From: Nanobdellota archaeon
Lineage (GTDB): Archaea; Nanobdellota; Nanobdellia; Pacearchaeales; GW2011-AR1
Assembly (NCBI GenBank): GCA_018898425.1
Contig: JAHIHG010000039.1
Span: 12,725-44,724, forward strand
Direction: 5' to 3'
DNA length: 32,000 nt
A program made the translations under genes and the position numbers. Shown here piece by piece: positions 9,889 through 17,511 of the stretch (position 1 is its first letter; the number at the start of each line of letters is the position of its first letter). A model generated the notes under the pieces. It was not told the DNA's origin, ran no database searches, and worked only from the letters and a program-made list of their open reading frames with translations.

Positions 9889-10797
9889 TTATTGAAAAGT
9901 GAGTATTTCTTCGCATTTGAGTGATTTGAATACATCTGAATTAACTTCAATTATTGTTGGACGTAAATATTCATCTCCAGATAAGCCTTTTAAAGTAATT
10001 CCAACCAGTGTACTTGTGGCCCCTCCTGTAGTAATAAGACCTGCCCCCACTATAAAAGGAACAGAAGGAGCAAGAGGGGTAAAAGTTAATGCAAAAACTG
10101 CCAAACCCAATCCAGCCCCACTTACTGCCCAAGATAAAGTGCTAATTTTACTAGAAATTCCAATTATAATATAAAATTGGTTATTTACATCAAAATTATT
10201 AAATTCTTTCTCTATTTCATTTAAATATTTTTCAAATTCTTCTAAATCATTAAAACCATATAAATATTCTAAATAACTTATTTCATTTTTAGAAATTTTC
10301 TTATCAGCCAAATATTCATAAAAATCCTTTTGATTAATTTTTGCATTTTCAATCCCATATCTTTCTTCATCTTTTTTCAAACTATCATCAAAAGCAATTT
10401 GAGAACAAATAGAACAATAAAGTTTTTTTGTCATATCTGATTGAACATAATCTACTTTCCCTTCCCCAAACATCCACCAGCAATCAGCCATTTCATCTGC
10501 TAGAACCTTGTAAAGCTCTTCTTTATCTTTGACTTTTGCAATTTCAGGTTTTGTCATTTGCTCACAACTACCATCAGCAGTAATACACAAATATTTAGTA
10601 TGGCAATTCAAGGAAACAGCTTCTTGAGCAAGAGCAGAATTTCCTTTTAAAATAACAGAATTATGACATACTTCTTTACTAGTTGTTTCTCCTAAATTTA
10701 ATCTAAATAAAAGAAATAAGATAACAGCAAAACTAGTAATTAAAATAATTAAAAGCACTATTTGCTGTGTTGTTAATTCTGCTTTTTTCTTTTTCAT
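9889..10797 (-). CDS. Pilin-like protein with Cys-containing domain and Gly-rich C-terminal hydrophobic segments
   Basis: MKKKKA/ELTTQQIVLLIILITSFAVILFLLF. C-terminal region AVSGAGLGLAVFALTFTPLAPSVPFIVGAGLITTGGATSTLVG. Confidence 0.5.
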   Translation of the reverse strand: MKKKKAELTTQQIVLLIILITSFAVILFLLFRLNLGETTSKEVCHNSVILKGNSALAQEAVSLNCHTKYLCITADGSCEQMTKPEIAKVKDKEELYKVLADEMADCWWMFGEGKVDYVQSDMTKKLYCSICSQIAFDDSLKKDEERYGIENAKINQKDFYEYLADKKISKNEISYLEYLYGFNDLEEFEKYLNEIEKEFNNFDVNNQFYIIIGISSKISTLSWAVSGAGLGLAVFALTFTPLAPSVPFIVGAGLITTGGATSTLVGITLKGLSGDEYLRPTIIEVNSDVFKSLKCEEILTFQ

Positions 10798-10898
10798 TAC
10801 ATTACCCCCATTCTTTTAAGCATAAAATACAATGCAGTTAAAACTACTCCAAAAAATACAATCCAGATTAAATACTTTATCAAACTATCAAGATTCAT
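10797..10898 (-). CDS. Possible 33-aa single-TM micro-ORF
   Basis: By-eye ORF MNLDSLIKYLIWIVFFGVVLTALYFMLKRMGVM. Its ATG overlaps the upstream gene's TGA (ATGA) and its TAA overlaps the downstream ATG. Confidence 0.3.
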   Translation of the reverse strand: MNLDSLIKYLIWIVFFGVVLTALYFMLKRMGVM

Positions 10899-11377
10899 TT
10901 TTCTTTAATTATAATTTCATTGTTTAATTTATTAATTAACAAAAACTGCTTGTTAATTTCAATTTCTAATTTTTCCTCTTTCAAATCAGGCACTATTAGA
11001 CAAACTCCATTCACGCTACATTCTTTTAATTGCCTATTTAAAAATTCACCAATATCCCAAACATCATCACAAATACATAAACAATTTTTTCCTGCACAAG
11101 AATTAGGTTTTTCATCGATAAAACTAATTAAATTCCAACCCAAAGGATTTTGTAATGCGAATAAAACCTCTTGTTTTTTAGCAGATCTAACTTCTTCAAT
11201 AGCTGTTTCAAGGCTTCCTGTACTATTTTTTAAAGTAGCTGTAGCATATTTTAATTTCTCTTCTCCAACTTTTGCAAAATATAATGCAGTTAAAAAATAA
11301 ATTAAAAAAATAATGCAAATCACTGCAATAATTATTTTTAAAGTTTCTTCTGCCAATAAAAATCCTTGCTTATTCAT
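10895..11377 (-). CDS. Pilin-like protein (class III signal peptide), Cys-containing
   Basis: MNKQG/FLLAEETLKIIIAVICIIFLIYFLTALYF. Confidence 0.5.
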   Translation of the reverse strand: MNKQGFLLAEETLKIIIAVICIIFLIYFLTALYFAKVGEEKLKYATATLKNSTGSLETAIEEVRSAKKQEVLFALQNPLGWNLISFIDEKPNSCAGKNCLCICDDVWDIGEFLNRQLKECSVNGVCLIVPDLKEEKLEIEINKQFLLINKLNNEIIIKEK

Positions 11378-11538
11378 TTTAATAAAAATAAAACAAAACT
11401 TGTAATATTCCCCCCTAAAGTATTATTAAAAAAATCAATTACATAATTTTTAAAAAAGAAATATAAACTAATTACTACAATTACAACTACAAAAACTCCT
11501 ACAATTATTTTTATTAATTGTTCAATTGTTAATTCCAT
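11374..11538 (-). CDS. Possible 54-aa single-TM protein
   Basis: By-eye ORF MELTIEQLIKIIVGVFVVVIVVISLYFFFKNYVIDFFNNTLGGNITSFVLFLLK. ATGA overlap with the downstream gene. Confidence 0.35.
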   Translation of the reverse strand: MELTIEQLIKIIVGVFVVVIVVISLYFFFKNYVIDFFNNTLGGNITSFVLFLLK

Positions 11539-11684
11539 TATATCCTAAATAAATTTTTAATTTGATCTATTAAAGTAAATCCTTTTTCTTTAAGTAAAAA
11601 AATAGAAATTACAATGATGGTAAGAACAGCAATTGCTATTAATATCCATGGAAGATATTCTGAAATAACCCCTTTTTTTCTCAT
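11538..11684 (-). CDS. Possible 48-aa pilin-like protein (class III signal peptide)
   Basis: By-eye ORF MRKKG/VISEYLPWILIAIAVLTIIVISIFLLKEKGFTLIDQIKNLFRI. Its stop overlaps the next ATG by 1 nt. Confidence 0.4.
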   Translation of the reverse strand: MRKKGVISEYLPWILIAIAVLTIIVISIFLLKEKGFTLIDQIKNLFRI

Positions 11685-11718
11685 AAAATCAAAAAACAAA
11701 ACTAATTAATAAATCTTC

Positions 11719-13872
11719 CTAAACTAAACCACCCAATACCACTGAAGACAAAATAAACAATGCAAGAGTTGCAATCAATGCAGTGATAAAATAAAGCAAA
11801 ATTCCTCTTCTAAGATTTATTCCTGTTTTATTTGTTTTTTCAAGCTTGTCTTCTCCAGAATCAATAGTCACAAGAGTTGAAGTTAAAATAAAAATTATCT
11901 GCACAAGATAAATTCCAATAGAAATCTGAAGATAATAAGGAGGTATCATTTTTGTCAAGTCAAAAATCTGCAAAATAGTTCCAAGATTTCCAATCCCTCC
12001 TGCTCCTGCTTCGCCTAAAGCAGGCATATTAAGCTTGTTTAAAATAGAAGTAATCATTGAAGCCAGGCCCACAACAATTCCAGAAAGAAGAGGTGCCAGA
12101 AAAACCATATTACTTTTCATATCAGAAACAATCTCAGCAAGCATGTCCTGAAGCCTGCTTGTAATTTTATGAATATTCTTGACATATTCTGAAATACTCA
12201 TTAAACTTATTGCTGCAATATTTAATCCCTTTTTTGCAGACTCAATCAATACCCTCATGCTTGTTGCAATTAAATCAGAAGGATAATAGCTTATTGCCCC
12301 TCTTGTTGGATTAAAAATAGCTTTTTCAACACTCATCCCCATTCTTTGAATATTATAATTAACTCTTCTAAAAAAATCCTCTGTTTTCAACCCTCTTGAA
12401 GACTCGGCAACTCTTCCAAAAACAAGCTCAGCAGGCATGCCATTGCCCATCCTGTTTCCTAACTGAAACAAAGAATTATTAAATTCTTTTTCAAGCTGCC
12501 TTGTATTTTCTCTTTCCACAATTAAATCTTTTGTTCTTGCCTTAAATGAAATTGAAAAAAACAAGGCAAGTCCAAGAGGAACAAACATGCTCAAAAACAA
12601 AGCACCCACCCCAAAAGGCCCTGCAGATCCATTTCCAGTATCAACAAAATCAAAAATCTTTTCCTCTCCAATTATTTCCAAACCAAGCTGGGAAAAAGCG
12701 TAATCTTTTTGCAGTCCAAACGCCTCAGGCAGAGGAGTATACTGAAAAATTAATGGCAAAAAACCAATTATAAAAAAAGGCAGACAAATCAAAAACGTAG
12801 TAAAATAAGAAGATTTATCTTTATACTTATAATAAAGAGGGTTTCTTTCAAGCAAGCTGGTTTCCCCATATCCCCCTGGCCTTAGCATCATTATTTTATC
12901 AGTTAAATAAAAAACAAAAAAAGGAATAATCAAATTAAATAAAATAAAAACATGATGCCATTTTAAAATATCTCCAATCATTGCTGAAGCAAGAGGCAGC
13001 AAAGCCAATCCAAGTGTAGGTAAAACAACCCCCAGCATATAAACATTAGTTAAAGGGCTTTTTACTGTATGAGTAAATTTAAGCATTTTATCATAAACCC
13101 CGTCAAGAACAACCTGCAATGCCTTTTCCAGTGTTGTAATTCTTCGTTCATTGCTAGGTTCAAACAAACTGCTTTCAATTAAATGAAATGATTCAATAAA
13201 TTCTGTAGAGTAATCTTTCCATGTTTCAAGATAATTATCCAGACTTTCTTTTATTGTTGAAAATTTTCCAATAGAAACATTATAAAAAACTTTTTTAAAA
13301 TCAAATGCAAGAGGGGGCTGCATATGTTCTGAAGCAAAAGCAATTGCTTTTTCCAGATTAGGAGTATGCCTCATATAAATTACAATATACAAAATAGCAG
13401 GAACCATTTGCGAAGAAGCTTTAAGCCTCCACTTATTAGCAAGCCGGGAAGGATAACCATTTACAAAATAAAATAAAAATAAAGCTAAAACCACCATTAA
13501 AAAGAAAAACAAAAATGGAAAATTCCCAAGATTTCCCTTTATCAAAGCTACTGAAACAGAAATTATCAGCCCCAGCAAAAACACACTTAAAAAAACCATC
13601 ACACTTAATGCCATTGGTTTCCAGGGTTCAACATCTATATGTGCAATATCAAGATTTCTCTTAATTTTTTCCTGATCTTTTTCAGCAACTCTCAATTTCA
13701 GGATATTTCCCAGACTATTGCACCATCTTTCATAATGAGTCAGCTCACTAAACATCTCTCCCTTAAACCTAATATATTCCTGACTATAATCAGCATTCTT
13801 AATTTCAGAAGTTTTTATTTGCTTCTCAATGCGAGCCCCGTGTTTTCTCAAAATATCTTCTACATCAACCAT
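11719..13872 (-). CDS. Polytopic membrane platform protein of type IV pilus/archaellum-like systems (FlaJ/TadC/GspF-like)
   Basis: 717 aa with many TM segments alternating with cytoplasmic helical domains. First gene of the pilin-like operon, and a FlaI-type ATPase lies in the same locus. The family call rests on architecture and context, not a recognised motif. Confidence 0.55.
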   Translation of the reverse strand: MVDVEDILRKHGARIEKQIKTSEIKNADYSQEYIRFKGEMFSELTHYERWCNSLGNILKLRVAEKDQEKIKRNLDIAHIDVEPWKPMALSVMVFLSVFLLGLIISVSVALIKGNLGNFPFLFFFLMVVLALFLFYFVNGYPSRLANKWRLKASSQMVPAILYIVIYMRHTPNLEKAIAFASEHMQPPLAFDFKKVFYNVSIGKFSTIKESLDNYLETWKDYSTEFIESFHLIESSLFEPSNERRITTLEKALQVVLDGVYDKMLKFTHTVKSPLTNVYMLGVVLPTLGLALLPLASAMIGDILKWHHVFILFNLIIPFFVFYLTDKIMMLRPGGYGETSLLERNPLYYKYKDKSSYFTTFLICLPFFIIGFLPLIFQYTPLPEAFGLQKDYAFSQLGLEIIGEEKIFDFVDTGNGSAGPFGVGALFLSMFVPLGLALFFSISFKARTKDLIVERENTRQLEKEFNNSLFQLGNRMGNGMPAELVFGRVAESSRGLKTEDFFRRVNYNIQRMGMSVEKAIFNPTRGAISYYPSDLIATSMRVLIESAKKGLNIAAISLMSISEYVKNIHKITSRLQDMLAEIVSDMKSNMVFLAPLLSGIVVGLASMITSILNKLNMPALGEAGAGGIGNLGTILQIFDLTKMIPPYYLQISIGIYLVQIIFILTSTLVTIDSGEDKLEKTNKTGINLRRGILLYFITALIATLALFILSSVVLGGLV

Positions 13873-13922
13873 CTTTTATCAATAATAAGTAATGAAAATT
13901 AATTAATAAATGTTTAGAAAAT
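13864..13922. repeat. Direct repeat copy 1 (59 bp, identical to 14809-14867)
   Basis: ATCAACCATCTTTTATCAATAATAAGTAATGAAAATTAATTAATAAATGTTTAGAAAAT. Contains the platform gene's ATG GTT GAT (13872-13864) and its upstream AT-rich promoter region. Confidence 0.95.
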
Positions 13923-13953
13923 TAAATTATTTTTTGAACTCAATAATATTTTA

Positions 13954-14739
13954 TTAAAAATCATATCTAATTCCAATAATCCCGCCTAAAGCATTAACAC
14001 CTGAGTTCTTTTTTGCTATACCAGCATTTGAAGTATGCCCTAATTTACCCTCTACAAAAGATGACCATTTTTTTTCTTTATCAATATACTTACGAACACC
14101 TGCACCGGCTTGAAAGGTAAATTGCAATGATTGCCCAATAGGATTATTTTCTGTAGGTTTGTTTGCATCTGTATAAACAACACCTGCACCAACCTGAATA
14201 TATGGTTCTAAATCCCAACCATCTGGAGTTATATTATAGCGAATTAAACCATTAAGACTAGTCATAAAATTACCAAATCCTTTGTAAATAAGTGAATTAG
14301 AAAACTCGCCCAATAATTCAAAATTACCTTTAGGCAAAATCAAATATTCTTTTGTATCACTTTTCAAAAATGACCCACGTATATTTATCTGAGCATAATG
14401 AAAATCAGGGATATCTGGACCAATACCTGAAGGTGCAAATAAGGCCCCACCCCCTACTTCAACAGCTTTTAAAATCTTGTCCTCTAATTCATTAGACAAT
14501 TTCTCAATAGAATTATTCTTCTCTTTTTTACTAAATTCAACACCATTAGATCTATTTTTTAAATCAAATGCTAATTCAAAATTATAAGGTAAATAATCAT
14601 TCAAAAGCAACTCTGAATTACGAGGATTCTTAAATTCATTTGAAGATTTAAACTTCCAATCTGAAGCCATTGCAACATTATTTTTTAAAAAAAATAATAA
14701 AGAAGTGGCTATAAATAATTTCTTAATAGTTTTTTTCAT
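13954..14739 (-). CDS. PagL-like lipid A deacylase / acyloxyacyl hydrolase family beta-barrel protein with signal peptide
   Basis: Signal peptide MKKTIKKLFIATSLLFFLKNNVAMA/SD. The C-terminal part EPYIQVGAGV...IGQSLQFTFQAGAGVRKY...GHTSNAGIAKKNSGVNALGGIIGIRYDF aligns by eye, from my memory of the sequence, with Pseudomonas PagL (PFIEAGIGV...LGSSLNFEDRIGAGLKF...HYSNAGLKQPNDGIESYSLFYKIPI). The catalytic His-x-Ser is kept and the terminal residue is aromatic. Confidence 0.6.
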   Translation of the reverse strand: MKKTIKKLFIATSLLFFLKNNVAMASDWKFKSSNEFKNPRNSELLLNDYLPYNFELAFDLKNRSNGVEFSKKEKNNSIEKLSNELEDKILKAVEVGGGALFAPSGIGPDIPDFHYAQINIRGSFLKSDTKEYLILPKGNFELLGEFSNSLIYKGFGNFMTSLNGLIRYNITPDGWDLEPYIQVGAGVVYTDANKPTENNPIGQSLQFTFQAGAGVRKYIDKEKKWSSFVEGKLGHTSNAGIAKKNSGVNALGGIIGIRYDF

Positions 14740-14808
14740 AATTTACTCAAAAATATTTTAATTTATAAGTTTTTATATCCCAAAATATAGATAATTAAAG
14801 AATTAAAA

Positions 14809-14867
14809 ATCAACCATCTTTTATCAATAATAAGTAATGAAAATTAATTAATAAATGTTTAGAAAAT
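14809..14867. repeat. Direct repeat copy 2 (59 bp, identical to 13864-13922)
   Basis: Offset is exactly 945 bp at both ends. Here the duplicated ATG GTT GAT runs into TTT TAA, giving a 4-codon remnant. Confidence 0.95.
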
Positions 14868-15069
14868 GTTAAATCAATTTATAACTCTGTATTATTTCTT
14901 AAAATTACACTCGCACATACTCGAAACATATGAGATTATTAATGAAAAGATTATGTTTATCTCAATGCTTATATTAACTATTTTCTACTAATTGAACAAA
15001 AAAAGTAATTTTAAATCAATATAAGTTTATTATAAAATGCTGCATTAAATAATTTATCTTTTGGAGAAT

Positions 15070-15252
15070 TTACTTTTTCTTCAACCTCTCTTTTTCCTCT
15101 TCAATCTCTGCTTCAAAAGCCCTTATTTCTTTTTCCCAATACTCTTGCAATGCATAATTTTTCCCTTGATAAGTTTTTATTTTTTCTATATGTTCTTCTT
15201 TCTTTTTTTCTAAACTATTTATTTTCTTTAATTTTTTCTTTCTGCTACCCAT
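15070..15252 (-). CDS. Small charged coiled-coil protein, hypothetical
   Basis: 60 aa, K/E-rich. Overlaps the 3' end of the upstream AbrB-nucleotidyltransferase gene by 25 nt, so the true start may be internal. Confidence 0.3.
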   Translation of the reverse strand: MGSRKKKLKKINSLEKKKEEHIEKIKTYQGKNYALQEYWEKEIRAFEAEIEEEKERLKKK

Positions 15253-16004
15253 TTTACTTGTTCTTCTATTTTTTTTATAATATAACCATAAATCTTGGTT
15301 GCATCTTCAAAAGAAGTAACTCTTTCAACCCTCTCATCATTTTTTAATCTGATATATGCCCCATAAGAACTAATGGAATTTGTAATCTTTTTAACTAATT
15401 TAAGAAATTCCGTGGTACTTGATTTTTTATTATGCATCAAACAATCCACAATATATAATTCGCGCAATCTTAAAATTAAAGAATAAATAATATTATCTGA
15501 AATCATTTTTCCTCCAATCTCCAGCACAGCCTTATTCATTTTCATAGCAGATTTTGTTGTTTCAAAATGCCATCTTAAATTTTTTTTAGTTAAAAGAGTT
15601 TTTTTATAACCTAAAATTAAACTTTCATTTAACAAAACTTTTGCTTCCCTTAACATTGGAAGAATAGGAAGAATATTATTTTTCAAAGAATTTTCCATTT
15701 CTTTTTTAGAAATCAAAAGGAGGTTATATTTTCCTTGTTTAAGTTGCTTATTAGTTTTATTTGTTATCACCAAGATATCAATATCACTTTTTTCTGTCTG
15801 CTCTTTCCGAGCATAGCTTCCGACTAAATAAATTCCCTGAATATCATACAAATATTGCTGAAGAATCTCCAGTGTTTCTTTTTGTATATTAAAGGGTTTT
15901 TCAACAAGCTCTATTCTTGCTTTTCCACCATACCATTCTTTTGGCAAAACAACTCCTGCACTATTTCCTAATCTAATAACAGGCTTGATTAATTCTTGTT
16001 TCAT
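15228..16004 (-). CDS. AbrB/SpoVT-like domain fused to a minimal nucleotidyltransferase (MNT-type) domain
   Basis: N-terminus VIRLGNSAGVVLPKEW (swapped-hairpin AbrB/MazE-like). Then GIYLVGSYARKEQTEKSDIDILVIT (the GS...DxD motif of Pol-beta-superfamily nucleotidyltransferases). C-terminal helical region of unknown type. Confidence 0.6.
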   Translation of the reverse strand: MKQELIKPVIRLGNSAGVVLPKEWYGGKARIELVEKPFNIQKETLEILQQYLYDIQGIYLVGSYARKEQTEKSDIDILVITNKTNKQLKQGKYNLLLISKKEMENSLKNNILPILPMLREAKVLLNESLILGYKKTLLTKKNLRWHFETTKSAMKMNKAVLEIGGKMISDNIIYSLILRLRELYIVDCLMHNKKSSTTEFLKLVKKITNSISSYGAYIRLKNDERVERVTSFEDATKIYGYIIKKIEEQVKWVAERKN

Positions 16005-16135
16005 TTGTTATAACAATGTTATAACTCTTTATAAAATTTATGGTAATGAAATATTTTGAAAAGTTTAACCTCCTCCAAACAATCTCTTAAAACAAATCAA
16101 CTAGGTAAGTCTATAAGAAAATTTCCTTTCGTCCG

Positions 16136-17371
16136 CTAAAATATCGAACGAAACCAATTAAGAATCTTTTTAATCAATCCTTCACTAATACACTCTCCAG
16201 AAACACAAACATTGCTTTTACACTCAAAGTTATTTTCGCAAGACATTTCTTTATCTAACTGCTCTAAAAATTCATAATTATCAGAACAATAATTCTCACT
16301 TTTCCTATAACCAAATGGATAACACTTATTGTCTAATTCACAACCTGAACAAATGTAATCCATTTTACCATCATTTCCTAAAATTTCAGTGTAGATATTC
16401 TCTTCACCACCAGTAACTATTTCGATATCAAGACAAACTCCTTTTTCACATCCATTTAAACATTTAATAGGAATTCCCATAATACCATAATCATCTTTAC
16501 AAACCCACTCAATTAAAGTATCTTTTTCACAAGAATCTTCTCCTTGAATTAGTTGCCAAGTGCCATCAGGTTCAGGGTATTTTTCAATATCTATACCAGT
16601 AGTTATCCCTTTTATTGAATAATTTAAACCACTATCAGAATCAATACAAGAAGGTTCTGGTAAACAAACCCCAAATGCACACCCTCTTGGACAGACATAA
16701 TTTTCTTCATTTGCATAATCTAAAGTATCACAATAATGTTCATGGAGGGTATTTTTATCAAAACAATAGTCTGATAATTCTCTAAAGACCCCTGTATGAT
16801 CTATCCCAGAAACAATCCCATTTCCATAATAATTTTTTCCACCATCTGAATCTAAACATCTTGGAGATTTTGGAGCAACATATTTTGTAACATATTGCCT
16901 TTCAACAGGAAGATAATTTTCTCCATCAAAAATAGCACAAGTACAATTAGTATTATTTGTAGCAGTGCAATCCCCATTGCAAACATCATAACTTCCAGAA
17001 TATTGATGTATAGAAAATTTACAATCACAAACATCGCAATTCAAAAGAGAGCCGGTTATTTCATCATAAGAAACGCAACTAAGAGGTTGCATTATTTCTC
17101 CTATACAAGCACCATCTTGACAGCCTGAAAGGCATTCTATTCTCTGTACCCGTATCAACCCATCATCTCCACAGTAATACTCATCAATAAATAAATTATT
17201 CTGACAAACATCAACCTCGCTGTGAAAATTTTCATTCCAAAGAGAAATACCTTCTATAATACCCCTTTTATAAATATTAATTCCTCCGTCACTATCTTCA
17301 CAAGTCTCGGCACTCACAAAACTAATCCCCAATAAAAAAATTAAACCAATTAACAAAGTAAATTTTTTCAT
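16136..17371 (-). CDS. Secreted cysteine-rich protein with three C-x-DSD(G/S)G-x-N modules
   Basis: Signal peptide MKKFTLLIGLIFLLGISFVSA. Repeated modules CEDSDGGINIYKRGIIEG..., CLDSDGGKNYYGNGIVSG... and CIDSDSGLNYSIKGITTG..., each ending C..GC..G.C. Confidence 0.6.
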   Translation of the reverse strand: MKKFTLLIGLIFLLGISFVSAETCEDSDGGINIYKRGIIEGISLWNENFHSEVDVCQNNLFIDEYYCGDDGLIRVQRIECLSGCQDGACIGEIMQPLSCVSYDEITGSLLNCDVCDCKFSIHQYSGSYDVCNGDCTATNNTNCTCAIFDGENYLPVERQYVTKYVAPKSPRCLDSDGGKNYYGNGIVSGIDHTGVFRELSDYCFDKNTLHEHYCDTLDYANEENYVCPRGCAFGVCLPEPSCIDSDSGLNYSIKGITTGIDIEKYPEPDGTWQLIQGEDSCEKDTLIEWVCKDDYGIMGIPIKCLNGCEKGVCLDIEIVTGGEENIYTEILGNDGKMDYICSGCELDNKCYPFGYRKSENYCSDNYEFLEQLDKEMSCENNFECKSNVCVSGECISEGLIKKILNWFRSIF

Positions 17372-17511
17372 AATTATAACATGAATAAAGTTATTTTTAA
17401 ATGTTTTGGGAATTTAATTTTTTCTCAAATTCTCTTCTTCCTAATCTCCTGATTCAACCATTTACGCCTCGCTTAATTTCTTCTCAATTAAATAGGGGGG
17501 GTGATGCTGGC

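Noticed and set aside
13864-14867. 59-bp repeats as integron attC sites or IS element ends
   Set aside because: The repeats are direct rather than inverted. No integrase or transposase lies between or beside them, and one copy is simply the native promoter and start of the platform gene. A duplication/insertion scar is the simpler reading.
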